From an uncultured Dehalococcoidales bacterium (GTDB lineage Bacteria; Chloroflexota; Dehalococcoidia; Dehalococcoidales; UBA3254), in the NCBI GenBank assembly GCA_964386535.1, contig CAYLRY010000003.1, positions 39,210 through 103,209 of the forward strand: 64,000 nucleotides of DNA. The letters are read 5' to 3'. Numbering within the stretch: the stretch's first letter is position 1; each line of letters begins with the position of its first letter. Positions 18,115-28,647 of the stretch are shown piece by piece. The notes beneath the pieces were generated by a model. That model did not search any database, was not told where the DNA came from, and saw only the letters and a list, made by a program, of their open reading frames with translations. The position numbers were made by a program, and so were the translations under genes.

Positions 18115-19545
18115 ATGTCTGAAAATCCTGTTGACGAGGTTCTTCACCCCGGATCCATTGCTATTGTCGGCGCTACACCCGCAGGTAACTGGGGAGGCGG
18201 GGGTTTCCTGGCTGGCCTGGTAAATTTCGGCTTCAAAGGTAAAATCTACCCGGTCAATCCAAAATATAGCGAAGCCATGGGGCAGAAATTTTACCCATCC
18301 TTAATGGATGTACCGGATCAGGTAGATTACGTGATATTATGTGTTCCGGCAAAGATGGTTTTGGAAGTACTGGAACAGGTTGTTCGGAAAGGAGCCAGAA
18401 CTGCCCAGCTTTTTACCGCACGCCTGGCGGAGACCGGACGCGCAGAAGGTATTGAGATAGAAAGAAAAATCCTGGAACTGTCTAAAAAATCCGGCCTGAG
18501 GTTGATCGGACCCAATTGCATGGGTATCTATTATCCCGCCGGGGGTATGTCCTTTCATGGTGATTTCCCGGCGGAAAGCGGTCCGGTGGGCCTGGTTTCG
18601 CAGAGCGGCATGTTGGCCCGTGAGATAGTTAAAACCGCACCCCTTAGAGGCATCTATTTCAGCAAGGTTTTCAGCTATGGCAATGCCATTGACCTTAATG
18701 AAACGGATTTCCTCAGCTATTTGGCCGACGACCCGGAAACCAGAGTTATCATGTGCTATATCGAAGGCGCTAGAGACGGCCCTGGATTGTTTAAAACTCT
18801 TAAATATGCCGCTGGCCGAAAACCGGTAATTGTGTTAAAGGGAGGTAGAGGCAGGTCTGGAGCAAGAGCCACTCTCTCGCATACTGCTTCCCTGGCCGGC
18901 AGTTTCAGAATATGGGATGCCATGATCGACCAGACTGGCGCAGTCCTGGCGGATAATATTGAAGAGCTTCTCGATCTGGCGGTATCTTTCCGGTTCCTTC
19001 CCCCTATTAAGGGCATACGGGCGGGTGTGGCCGGTGGAGCCGGCGGATCAAGCGTGCTGGCTGCTGATGGATGTGAAAAAGCCGGACTTGAAGTAGTCCC
19101 GCTCTCAGATCGTTTCCGGCAGGAGTTGAAGGCCAGGGGTGTCTCTGTGTGGGACTGGTTGGGCAATCCAGCCGACCTTTCTATTCGAGAGGATGACGGT
19201 CTGTCTGCCGGCCTGGTGCTGGAATTGATGGCCGGAGACCCTGACTTTGATCTGTTGATCGCTATTATGGGCCTGCCGGGAGGGCCTCCAGGAAAGCCCG
19301 GTCTATCACCAGAAGAGATGATAAAGCAACAATACCGGCTTGAAGTCAGCCGCCGCAAGCCCTTCCTTTGCGTGGTGGCTGATAGAAGTATCGGTATAAA
19401 TGACACCGGTGATATGGAGTGGAATGGTTTATGCCGGTTGCGAACGTCCCTCATCGAGCTGGGTATCCCCTTTTATCCCACCATCAGCCGGGCTGCCGTG
19501 GCAGCCAGGAAGGTTTACGAATACTACCGGCGCTTAGATCAATAG
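18115..19545 (+). CDS. NDP-forming acyl-CoA synthetase alpha-type subunit (CoA-binding and ligase domains)
   Basis: SIAIVGA, IYPVNP, RLIGPNCMG, SQSG, SYGN, phospho-His motif SHTASLAG, GNPAD. No ATP-grasp domain. Confidence 0.88.
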   Translation: MSENPVDEVLHPGSIAIVGATPAGNWGGGGFLAGLVNFGFKGKIYPVNPKYSEAMGQKFYPSLMDVPDQVDYVILCVPAKMVLEVLEQVVRKGARTAQLFTARLAETGRAEGIEIERKILELSKKSGLRLIGPNCMGIYYPAGGMSFHGDFPAESGPVGLVSQSGMLAREIVKTAPLRGIYFSKVFSYGNAIDLNETDFLSYLADDPETRVIMCYIEGARDGPGLFKTLKYAAGRKPVIVLKGGRGRSGARATLSHTASLAGSFRIWDAMIDQTGAVLADNIEELLDLAVSFRFLPPIKGIRAGVAGGAGGSSVLAADGCEKAGLEVVPLSDRFRQELKARGVSVWDWLGNPADLSIREDDGLSAGLVLELMAGDPDFDLLIAIMGLPGGPPGKPGLSPEEMIKQQYRLEVSRRKPFLCVVADRSIGINDTGDMEWNGLCRLRTSLIELGIPFYPTISRAAVAARKVYEYYRRLDQ

Positions 19546-19593
19546 CCGTTAAAACGGCCGGTATTGACGCTTTCTCCCGGACAGACGGCACAT

Positions 19594-20847
19594 TCACTTT
19601 AATTTTTTGTTTGACTTGATACAGGCTGTCAAAACCACGCCTGCCGCTCCCACGGCGCCACCGACCAGAAATGCCAGAGAATAGCTGCTGGTTAAATCAA
19701 ATATATAGCCGGTAATCACCGGGCCGATTGATCCCCCGATGGTAAATCCGAAGCTCATTACCCCTAAAATTACCCCATGAGATCTCATGCCGAACAGCTC
19801 TGCCGTAATTGTCGATTCCATGGCTGTTGACCCGCCGATGCCCAGGCTGTAGATAATAGCAAACAAATAGAATAGTAATATTGAGGAGATAGGTATAAGC
19901 CAGAATAAAGCCGCGGATACCAGAACCAGGCTGATGATGATTACGCTGCGGTTGCCTATTTTATCAGCCGCCAGACCTAACAGGATTCCACCCAGGCTTT
20001 GCATTCCTCCTGTAACTGCCAGAACACTGGCTGCTACCGCTGACGAAATCCCCAGGTCAGTGATGTGCGGCACCAGATGTACGTTTACCGTAAAGGTACA
20101 ATAGCCGACACATACAAAGATCAGCGTGGCCATCCAGAATTGCCAGGTGCCGGCTGCTTCTTTTAGAGTCAGTCCTGCGTAAACAGGTGTGTTCCCTTTA
20201 ATTGGGTTTTCAGATTGACCATAGGGCAGCAGTCCCATCTGGCTGGGATCACGCCTGAGGAATTGAGCAACAGAAATGCCGATGACCAGAACAACCCCGC
20301 CGATGATAATATTGGACATCCGCCAGTCGTAAAGGGATATCAGCCAGTTGGATACAGGCGCAAAGGTGATGGTCCCCACCCCTATACCGGCCATCACTAT
20401 GCCGGTCATCAGTCCCCGTTTTTTCACAAACCACCGGGTTATGGTGGACAAGGTGGCCACATAAACCCCGCCCATCCCCAGTCCCACAATCAGCCCGTAA
20501 AACAGGTATAGCTGCCATGAGTAATGGGTCAGAGACATCAATAAGAGTCCCAATCCCAGAAAGAAGCTGCACAGCGTTATCACCCATCTTGAACCAAACT
20601 GGTCATTCAGCCTTCCCATGTAAATCCCCCAGACGCCCTGGACGATTACGGAGAAGGTGACCGCTCCTGATATCAGAGCCCGGCTCCAGCCCAGATCAGC
20701 CTCTATGGGTTTGAAGAATACCCCGAAGCTGGTCCTGACTCCATAGGTCAGAATCATGACGATAACGGCTATAATAACAATGTAATAGCCGTAAAACCAC
20801 CCGGATTCATGCCTGGAGGACGGCCTCAACTCATTACGATTCATCAT
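19594..20847 (-). CDS. MFS transporter (OFA/MCT-like)
   Basis: About 12 TM, GRLNDQFGSR and GLAADKIGNR MFS loop motifs. Confidence 0.9.
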   Translation of the reverse strand: MMNRNELRPSSRHESGWFYGYYIVIIAVIVMILTYGVRTSFGVFFKPIEADLGWSRALISGAVTFSVIVQGVWGIYMGRLNDQFGSRWVITLCSFFLGLGLLLMSLTHYSWQLYLFYGLIVGLGMGGVYVATLSTITRWFVKKRGLMTGIVMAGIGVGTITFAPVSNWLISLYDWRMSNIIIGGVVLVIGISVAQFLRRDPSQMGLLPYGQSENPIKGNTPVYAGLTLKEAAGTWQFWMATLIFVCVGYCTFTVNVHLVPHITDLGISSAVAASVLAVTGGMQSLGGILLGLAADKIGNRSVIIISLVLVSAALFWLIPISSILLFYLFAIIYSLGIGGSTAMESTITAELFGMRSHGVILGVMSFGFTIGGSIGPVITGYIFDLTSSYSLAFLVGGAVGAAGVVLTACIKSNKKLK

Positions 20848-20966
20848 AACACCGGCTCAATCCCTGATTATACTAAATAAACCGCATTGTACCGCATCTC
20901 TGGTACAATTTTTTGTCCTGGCTGCCAAAAAAAATCCCGTAATTGTCATGCCTTATAGTTGTCCAC

Positions 20967-21962
20967 TTATGGTTCAGACTGCCGTCCAAGCTTCATCACA
21001 CCCTCGCGCATCACGAACCGTGGGTGCTGCTGGATTTTATATAACGGCTCACCCTTGCCCTCTTCCCCCTCGGGCACCAGCGGACGGAAGCCGCGCAGGT
21101 CTTTATACTTTTTCAGCCCCTCTGCCAGCCGGCTGTAGAATTCCCTGGTGTGCTCTGCCGTTTTGTCCACAATGGACCAATCCACCTCTATGGCTCCGGT
21201 GGGACAGAGCTGCTCGCAGTGCATGAGCGCGCAGGGACCGCAGGTCTGATGATTGATCTGCGGAGAACCGGACAAATTAATGCTCTGCGTGGGACAGTTA
21301 TCCATACAGATGGTACACCTGGGATATCTGCATTTTACAGCATTCAGCCGCGGCTTCAGCCTGAGTCTGTCCTCCTGGGACCTTTCTGTATCCCTGGTTG
21401 GGCTTTGCATCAGCCGGCCAGGCGGAGTTCCATACAGTTTATCATACTTTTCTTTTCCCGGCAGCCGTGGAATCAGCCGTTTCTCCCCAGCAGCTATCCT
21501 TTGAGTGCGTTCCACCAGCTCTTTCCCGAAATCCTCCGCCTCCTTGATGTCAATCTCATCCGGGTGGCCGTCCGTGAAATACGGCTTGGGCAGAGTAGGT
21601 ATATAAGCACTGCCGTACCAGTCATTCCACCCTGCCACAGTCAGTCCCTTTTTCCTTAGCTCAGTCACTGTCCTGGCTATGTAGGCGCCCGCTATAGTGC
21701 CGTGAGTACAGAAGCTGAAACCGTATTTACCTTTTAAAGAAGGCCAGGATTTTATAAAATCCGTTATAAGGGGCGGCTCCTGGAATCCGAATACCGGAGA
21801 ACCAAGACCGATTAAATCATATTGAGGGAGTCCCCGGACATCAACTTCCTTCAAAGGGGCAATACGGCTGTCATCATCTACCTGTTGAATCCCCCGGTAT
21901 ATGGCCTCGGCTATGGTCTTGGTATTCCCTGTCTGTGAGTAATAAATAACAATGCTTCTCAT
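20967..21962 (-). CDS. Flavodoxin-[4Fe-4S] fusion (EFR1-like)
   Basis: IYYSQTGNT flavodoxin loop; C-terminal CRYPRCTICMDNCP and CGPCALMHCEQLCP. Likely start ATG 21962. Confidence 0.8.
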   Translation of the reverse strand: MRSIVIYYSQTGNTKTIAEAIYRGIQQVDDDSRIAPLKEVDVRGLPQYDLIGLGSPVFGFQEPPLITDFIKSWPSLKGKYGFSFCTHGTIAGAYIARTVTELRKKGLTVAGWNDWYGSAYIPTLPKPYFTDGHPDEIDIKEAEDFGKELVERTQRIAAGEKRLIPRLPGKEKYDKLYGTPPGRLMQSPTRDTERSQEDRLRLKPRLNAVKCRYPRCTICMDNCPTQSINLSGSPQINHQTCGPCALMHCEQLCPTGAIEVDWSIVDKTAEHTREFYSRLAEGLKKYKDLRGFRPLVPEGEEGKGEPLYKIQQHPRFVMREGVMKLGRQSEP

Positions 21963-22125
21963 AAAATCAACACCCTTCTTTTTTTTCTTTGTGTTTAATA
22001 TTACTACTTTCCTGGCCAAATTACCTAACCCTGAAAAACCGGAGACTTAAATCCTCTTGTGTGAGCTATCACAACACCGCAGCCCTGATGTAAAATAGAC
22101 CTGAATAGCTTTCAGGATAATAATC

Positions 22126-25100
22126 ATGATAGTTGTACATGCCTTTTGGGAAATCAACAGGGGGCTTCATCTCTGGGCTGAGTCTTCAGAAGAGGTTCAA
22201 GCCGCCGCACGTAAAAAGAAAGCCGGTCCGCAGGACCATCCTTTTATATTGCCTTATAATTCACTGGCCAAACTTGCCTTAGGTCTGGCTGATAACGTTA
22301 TTCTCAGTTCTGCCTCTGCCGGTAATCTGAGCGTACTTTTGCCCTCTGTAGATGAACGGCCTTTACCCTCTGAAGAATGCCTTATTAATACTGATAATGA
22401 CATTACCCTGTCCGGTCAAAAAGTGAAGCTGGCGCCCTGGAAAATCAACACTCTTTTTCTGGTTCCCGGTACTGCCATGGATTTTCTCTCCGCTCTGAAA
22501 AGCCGCCCTTCCGGAGGGACCGTCCTGGGTAGTTCTTTGCGTTTTTGGCGGGAGATGTCAAAGCTGTCTCTCGAGCTGGTTGCCCGGCAGAGCTTCTTAC
22601 CCTCAATCAGTGAAGAAATGCAGAACAATACCCGCAATTTCTTTGCTGTCTGGAAAACCCTGATTGGGGAAAAAGACCATGAAAGGATCAGAGTGTTAAA
22701 CGATTCCATGCCTCCCTGCTGCCGCTCGGTTCAATATAAAGATAAACAAAGTCCTTCTCCTGCGGCTTTGATACAGGATTTTCTAAACCGGACCGTTGAT
22801 TATTTTATTCGAAAAAACCTGGCTGCTGAATTTGCCAGGCAGCGGGTTGCCGGCCGCAGGGGCAGGCTTTCCCTGGCCGGGGCCTGGTTAAAAGCCCTTT
22901 CCTCCCTGGAAAACCAGATCCAGGCGCCTGAGGCCAAATTGGCTGCTTTTACCGGTGAATTGGAAGCCTGGCTTAACCAGGTGACAGCAGTCGCTGCCGG
23001 TTCCCCTTTACGCACGTCGTTTCGCCTGGAGCCGCCGGAAGACAGTAACCGTGACTGGCACCTTACCTTTAATTTGCAGGCCTCCGAAGACCGCAGTTTG
23101 CTGATCCCGGCTGAGAAAGTCTGGCGTACCCGGTCCGGCGTGATTACTTTTTTAAAACAGCGTTTTGAAAACCCACAGGAACGATTGCTGGCTGACCTGG
23201 GCCGGGCCTCCAGGATATACCCACCTATTGAAGAAAGCCTTACCACCGCCTGCCCAGTAGGTCTGAGACTTAATACCGAAAAAGCTTATCAATTTTTACG
23301 GCAGTATGCTTCCCTTCTGGAAGAGAGCGGGTTTGGTGTACTTCTACCGGTTTGGTGGCAAAAACCGGCGCTGCGTCTGGGCGCCAGGTTGAAATTGAAA
23401 CCAAAGAGCGGGACTAAAGGGCCAGGTACCGGGCTCATGGGTTTGAATGCCATTGTAGAATATGAATGGGAAATCGCTTTAGGCGATACCACCCTTTCGG
23501 CGGAAGAGTTTGAAAAACTGGCCGGTTTGAAGGTGCCGCTGGTCAGGGTCCGCGGACAGTGGGTGGAGCTTAAGCCTGAGGAAATTGAGAAAGCTGCCGC
23601 CTTCTTTAAGAATGGTGAAGTTGGCGAAATGAATCTGGGGGAGGCCGTTCGCGCCGGTTTGGGACAGGATGTCTCGGATGCCGGTTTGCCCGTGGCCGGG
23701 GTGGAAGCAGAAGGCTGGATCAGAGATTTTCTGGAGACCTTTTCCCGAAATGCTGCCCGTATGCCGGCTGTTGAACCGCCGTCCGGCTTTAATGGACAGC
23801 TACGCCCCTACCAGCTTACCGGGGTTTCCTGGATGGCTTTTTTGCAACAGTTCGGCCTGGGGGCTTGCCTGGCGGATGACATGGGGCTGGGTAAAACCAT
23901 TGAGTTTATCTCACTCCTGCTCCATCTTAAGGCTGAAGGACTGCTTACAGGACCCAGTCTTCTCATCTGTCCCATGTCTGTTGTCAACAACTGGCAGAGA
24001 GAGATAGAACGCTTCGCGCCTTCACTTAAAGTGCTGGTCCATCACGGTCCGGCAAGGGATACCGGAGATACCCTGGTACGTCAGGCTAAGAAACAGGATA
24101 TTGTGGTCACTACTTATGCCCTGGTCCACCGGGATGCAGCGTCCCTTACAAAAATCAACTGGGAATGCCTGGTTCTGGATGAAGCGCAGAACATTAAAAA
24201 TCCATCTGCTAGGCAGTCACAGGCCGTCCGGAAATTAAAGAGCCGTTACCGCATCGCCTTAACCGGTACGCCTGTGGAGAACCGTCTTTCTGAATTATGG
24301 TCGATCATGGAGTTCCTCAATCCGGGTTATCTGAAATCAGCAAAGGACTTCCAGACCAGTTTCGTCACCCCGATTGAAAAATACCACAGTCCGACGCATA
24401 CCGAGAGGCTGAAGCGGTTGATCCAGCCCTTTGTTCTGCGCCGTGTCAAGACTGATCCTACCATCATCAGCGACCTGCCGGAGAAGATAGAGACTAAGGT
24501 CTTCTGCAACCTGACCCGGGAGCAGGCCACCCTTTATGAGGCTGTTGTTAAAGAAATGCTGGAGAAGATTGAAAATTCTAAGGGAATGGTACGCAAGGGT
24601 CTGGTTTTATCCACCCTGTTAAAACTTAAACAGGTCTGCAACCACCCTGCTCAGTTCCTCCAGGACCGCAGTATGTTGCCTGGCCGCTCAGGGAAACTCC
24701 TGAGACTGGAGGAAATGCTGGAGGAGATACTGGCGGAAGGTGACAAAACGCTCATCTTTACCCAGTTTGCCGAAATGGGAAAAATGCTAAAACAGCATCT
24801 TCAGGAAACCTTTACCTGTGAAGCCCTTTTCCTACACGGTGGCACCCCCCGCAAAGAGCGTGATGCCCTGATCCAGCGTTTTCAAAATGACCGCCGGGGA
24901 CCTTCTTTATTCATTCTTTCTTTAAAAGCCGGAGGGGTGGGATTGAATTTAACTGCCGCCAATCATGTCTTTCATTTTGATCGATGGTGGAACCCGGCAG
25001 TGGAAAACCAGGCTACTGATAGAGCTTTTCGCATCGGGCAAAAGAAAAAAGTCCAGGTGCATAAATTTGTGTGTCTGGGCACTTTGGAAGAGCGTATCGA

Positions 25101-25230
25101 TGAAATGATCGAGCATAAAAAAGAGCTGGCGCAGAATATCGTAGGCACTGGCGAAGCCTGGCTCACAGAGATGTCAACTGACCAGTTGAAACAGGTGCTC
25201 TCTCTGAGCCGCGAAACGGTGGAGGTTTAA
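22126..25230 (+). CDS. SNF2-family helicase/ATPase
   Basis: LADDMGLGKT, DEAQ, ALTGTPVEN, LIFTQF, GGVGLNLT, DRWWNPAVENQATDRAFRIGQ. Confidence 0.93.
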   Translation: MIVVHAFWEINRGLHLWAESSEEVQAAARKKKAGPQDHPFILPYNSLAKLALGLADNVILSSASAGNLSVLLPSVDERPLPSEECLINTDNDITLSGQKVKLAPWKINTLFLVPGTAMDFLSALKSRPSGGTVLGSSLRFWREMSKLSLELVARQSFLPSISEEMQNNTRNFFAVWKTLIGEKDHERIRVLNDSMPPCCRSVQYKDKQSPSPAALIQDFLNRTVDYFIRKNLAAEFARQRVAGRRGRLSLAGAWLKALSSLENQIQAPEAKLAAFTGELEAWLNQVTAVAAGSPLRTSFRLEPPEDSNRDWHLTFNLQASEDRSLLIPAEKVWRTRSGVITFLKQRFENPQERLLADLGRASRIYPPIEESLTTACPVGLRLNTEKAYQFLRQYASLLEESGFGVLLPVWWQKPALRLGARLKLKPKSGTKGPGTGLMGLNAIVEYEWEIALGDTTLSAEEFEKLAGLKVPLVRVRGQWVELKPEEIEKAAAFFKNGEVGEMNLGEAVRAGLGQDVSDAGLPVAGVEAEGWIRDFLETFSRNAARMPAVEPPSGFNGQLRPYQLTGVSWMAFLQQFGLGACLADDMGLGKTIEFISLLLHLKAEGLLTGPSLLICPMSVVNNWQREIERFAPSLKVLVHHGPARDTGDTLVRQAKKQDIVVTTYALVHRDAASLTKINWECLVLDEAQNIKNPSARQSQAVRKLKSRYRIALTGTPVENRLSELWSIMEFLNPGYLKSAKDFQTSFVTPIEKYHSPTHTERLKRLIQPFVLRRVKTDPTIISDLPEKIETKVFCNLTREQATLYEAVVKEMLEKIENSKGMVRKGLVLSTLLKLKQVCNHPAQFLQDRSMLPGRSGKLLRLEEMLEEILAEGDKTLIFTQFAEMGKMLKQHLQETFTCEALFLHGGTPRKERDALIQRFQNDRRGPSLFILSLKAGGVGLNLTAANHVFHFDRWWNPAVENQATDRAFRIGQKKKVQVHKFVCLGTLEERIDEMIEHKKELAQNIVGTGEAWLTEMSTDQLKQVLSLSRETVEV

Positions 25231-25231
25231 C

Positions 25232-26101
25232 ATGAGCTGGGGTCACTGGCATTATCATCCTGCGCGGCCGAAGGCCGTCAAAAACGGGATTAAAGCTAAA
25301 AGCCAGCGCGGCGCCATCGGTGAGACCTGGTGGTCCGGACGCTGGGTTTCTGTTCTGGAATCCCTGGGTATGGGCGCTAGACTGGGCCGCGGACGTTCTT
25401 ACGCCCGCCGGGGACAGGTAGTTTCCATCAATGTTCAGAAGGGACAGGTCATTGCTGAAGTCCAGGGCACACGGCCAGAGCCTTACTCTATCAGTATACG
25501 CCTGACCCCTCTTTCCGATCAGGACTGGGAGAAAGTCACGGATGCCATGGCCTCCCAGGCCGTCTTTGCCGCCAGACTACTTGCCGGTGAGATGCCGCAA
25601 AACATCGAGGAGGCTTTCACCGGAGCTAAAGTCAGCCTATTCCCGAAGTCCGGTAAGTCCCTGAACACCGAGTGCTCTTGCCCGGATTATGCCAACCCGT
25701 GTAAACATATCGCAGCGGTGTACTACATTCTGGCTGAAATGTTCGATACGGATCCATTTTTAATTTTTAAACTGCGGGGCAGGACCAAAGAGGAAATTAT
25801 TCAGACACTCCGTCAAAAACGGGGTCAGACATTGGATCAGGAAAATGCGGCGCCTTGCGAAATTGAATTGCCTCCGGAAAGTACCGTCAGGCCCCTGGAA
25901 GACTGCCTGGCGGATTTCTGGCAGGCCGGCGAAGCCCTGGATTCTTTTGTGATTAACCTGGCTCCTCCGGAAATAGAAGGCGCTGTCCTTAAAAGGCTCG
26001 GCAAGCCGCCGGAAGCCTTAGCCGGAACAGGTCTGGAAACTGAGCTGGCCAGATTCTACTCTGTGGCTGGTAAAGCGGCCCTGCAATCCGGCTTAAAATA
26101 A
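25232..26101 (+). CDS. SWIM zinc-finger protein, partner of SNF2
   Basis: CSCPD..NPCKH SWIM motif, RLGRGRSYAR, DPFLIFKLRG; starts 1 nt after the SNF2 stop. Confidence 0.9.
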   Translation: MSWGHWHYHPARPKAVKNGIKAKSQRGAIGETWWSGRWVSVLESLGMGARLGRGRSYARRGQVVSINVQKGQVIAEVQGTRPEPYSISIRLTPLSDQDWEKVTDAMASQAVFAARLLAGEMPQNIEEAFTGAKVSLFPKSGKSLNTECSCPDYANPCKHIAAVYYILAEMFDTDPFLIFKLRGRTKEEIIQTLRQKRGQTLDQENAAPCEIELPPESTVRPLEDCLADFWQAGEALDSFVINLAPPEIEGAVLKRLGKPPEALAGTGLETELARFYSVAGKAALQSGLK

Positions 26102-26179
26102 AGCAGGTACGCACTTACAACAGGGCCTTTAAAAAGATGATAATGGTGAACGTTAAACTTTAACCGCTTATAGGCACAA

Positions 26180-26201
26180 GGGAGGGTTTCTAAACCCTCC
26201 C
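26180..26201. repeat. Perfect 10-bp inverted repeat (terminator or REP-like palindrome)
   Basis: GGGAGGGTTT-CT-AAACCCTCCC downstream of the SWIM gene. Confidence 0.5.
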
Positions 26202-26302
26202 GTTTCACATTATGAATATATTGCCAGTATGTTTTATTATTGATTTTTTTACCCGCCATTTCAGGTATGTTTCAGGTTGAGCTTAATAAAGGAGACTGAG
26301 TT

Positions 26303-27829
26303 ATGATTTCTGGCTCATCTAAAAAAATACCCGGTTTCCTCCAGATCGGAGTCAGCCGTCCCTCCCTTCCGCTGGGTGATTTGCCTCAGCCTGAAGAAGT
26401 TTTCAAAGTCCGCCGGATCAAATGGACCACTCTCTTTACAGCGGTTCTGGGGCCCAGTGCCATCGGTCTGGGCGCTGCCATAGGAGGCGGCGAATGGCTG
26501 CTGGGGCCGCTGGGATTCGGTAAATACGGTTTTATCGGGCTGGGGTTCCTGGTTATGATTTCCGCCGTTCTCCAGACCTTTTATAACGTGGAAAATGCCC
26601 GCTATACCCTGGCTACCGGGGAAGTGCCTATCATAGGTTTTACCCGCACCCCGCCCGGCCTCAAGCTGTGGGTGCCCCTGACTCTATTGATTATCTATTT
26701 GGCCTGGATATGGGGAGGCTGGGCTGCCACCGCCGGACAGAGCTTCTTCGCCCTGGTCACCGGGCGTACCTTTGATGCTGGGCATCCCATGGAACTGGAA
26801 ATAGTGCGGATCATTGCCATCCTGCTCCTGATCCTTTCGCTGGGCATCTACTTTTTTGGCAAAAAGATCTGCCGTACCCTGGAAGTTGTCCAGGGCCTGG
26901 CTGTCTTTTTTATTCTAGCCGGATTGTTAGCCTTAGCCATTGCCTTTGTCCCGGCAGACCTGTGGACTGCCATGTTGTCCGGCATTGTTACCCCGGCAGC
27001 GCCCCCCAGTGGTATTGATGCCACTACCCTGGGCTCCATCATCGGCTATACGGGCTTTGGCGCCGGAACCAATTTTCTACTTATTAATTACTACCGTGAC
27101 CACGGTTACGGCATGGGGGATAAAGTAGGCTATTTTTCCGGCCTGCTGCATGGGGAGAAGAAGGAAATCCTGCCTTCCGGCCTCACCTTCCGCGAAAGCC
27201 CGGCCAATTCAAAAACCTGGAAACGCTGGTTCCGCTTTGTATTGATCGATCAGTGGGGTGTGTTCTTAGTGGGCGCCATGCTGGGCATGTTTTTGTGCGG
27301 CACCCTGGTGGTGGCTCTGACCGTTATACCGGGCGCCGATCAGCCCACCACTGCCAACATGCCGGTTTTCCTGGCCGTAGAGCTTGGTAAAAAAGCGCCC
27401 TGGCTCTTTACAGCCACCCTGATCCTGGGCGGATTGATATTGTGGACCACCCAGTCCACCGTTCTGGAAATGCTGATCCGTAACACCTCTGAGACTGCCA
27501 TGGCCGTCAGTCCACGGTTGCGCGCCTGGATCAAGGGAGACCCCCGCAAATTTTACTACCTGGTAGCAGCGGTATTGATCCTCTTTATCAGCATCATCAT
27601 CCATATGGCCCTGCCCACTAAACTGGTGCAGTACTCCGCCAACATGGCCAACCTGGCCTCCATTATCTTCCCCTTTGTCCTGATTTATCTCAATAGCAAG
27701 CTACCCAGGCCCGCCCGCGCCGGATGGTGGACCTACCCTGTACTGATCGCCAATGTCTTCTTTTTCGGCTTTTTCTTTGCCAACTTTATCTTTATGCAGT
27801 TTACAGGGCAGCCCCTGGTTAAGTTCTAA
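26303..27829 (+). CDS. Nramp-like (APC superfamily) transporter
   Basis: GP.AIGLGAAIGGGEWLLGP, YTLATGE, about 11-12 TM. Substrate unknown. Confidence 0.75.
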   Translation: MISGSSKKIPGFLQIGVSRPSLPLGDLPQPEEVFKVRRIKWTTLFTAVLGPSAIGLGAAIGGGEWLLGPLGFGKYGFIGLGFLVMISAVLQTFYNVENARYTLATGEVPIIGFTRTPPGLKLWVPLTLLIIYLAWIWGGWAATAGQSFFALVTGRTFDAGHPMELEIVRIIAILLLILSLGIYFFGKKICRTLEVVQGLAVFFILAGLLALAIAFVPADLWTAMLSGIVTPAAPPSGIDATTLGSIIGYTGFGAGTNFLLINYYRDHGYGMGDKVGYFSGLLHGEKKEILPSGLTFRESPANSKTWKRWFRFVLIDQWGVFLVGAMLGMFLCGTLVVALTVIPGADQPTTANMPVFLAVELGKKAPWLFTATLILGGLILWTTQSTVLEMLIRNTSETAMAVSPRLRAWIKGDPRKFYYLVAAVLILFISIIIHMALPTKLVQYSANMANLASIIFPFVLIYLNSKLPRPARAGWWTYPVLIANVFFFGFFFANFIFMQFTGQPLVKF

Positions 27830-27901
27830 ATTGTATTGATTTAAGTTTCCCCTTCGTTCGAAGCCCTCTGTGCGAGTAATTAGCGCAAAAATGGTTGCAT
27901 T

Positions 27902-28110
27902 TTAACATTCAGTTTTTAACCCCAACCGGAATCTGGCTGAGTCACCGGTATATTTTACCAGCCGCAGTGCAGTATTTGAGGTAATGCCCCCTTTCCCCGG
28001 GACCATTTCATTGATACGTTGAGATAACGCCCCTGTTTCTAAAGCCGGGTGATTCTGGCTAATCCCCACAAGAAGGGCAAAAAGAAAAATTGTACCTGCT
28101 GTTGAGCCGG
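27902..28110 (-). pseudogene. Degenerate HigA-family antitoxin (HTH) remnant
   Basis: GISQNHPALETGALSQRINEMVPGKGGITSNTALRLVKY resembles HigA GISQxxLA...RINEIVxGKRxITxDTALRL. The N-terminus is frameshifted. Confidence 0.55.
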
Positions 28111-28329
28111 GTGAAAGCCGAAGAAGGCCCTGATTAAGAAAATAAGGCTGAACGTGTTTTCCTTTTGTCAATTCCGATATGTGACTGTTAAAATGAATCA
28201 TGCCGCAGGCTTATGATCGCGCAGGCTGTCTTCGAGGGTGGTTATAGACACTCTGGTATACATGAAGTTGATATCATCTCAAACCGAGCCTGAAGCTCTC
28301 CAGGTTATAAGGGAAAGGGGGAATAATAA

Positions 28330-28647
28330 ATGACGGTTCCGGTTACCGCTATCAATTTAGGTTTGACGACTGTAATTTTTATCTTGGGCATCTGGGCATT
28401 TTTTAAGAGAAGGGCTGACGTAATTCGGTTTAAACGCCAAATCAGACAAGACACAGCATCTTTCAAAGCAACTGCCATACCCAGCGTATCTCTTTTTATC
28501 GGCATCGCCTTCGGTTTATTTGCAATTTCCCATGCCTTAACCCTGGCGGGATTAGCCGAGACCCTGGAAACCTTCATCATGATTATCCGGATTTTGGGCT
28601 ATCTGCTGGTTATAGTTGCACCTGCGCGAATATTGATGAAAAGATAA
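28330..28647 (+). CDS. Small membrane protein (about 3 TM)
   Basis: Purine-rich RBS and hydrophobic helices. Confidence 0.55.
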   Translation: MTVPVTAINLGLTTVIFILGIWAFFKRRADVIRFKRQIRQDTASFKATAIPSVSLFIGIAFGLFAISHALTLAGLAETLETFIMIIRILGYLLVIVAPARILMKR

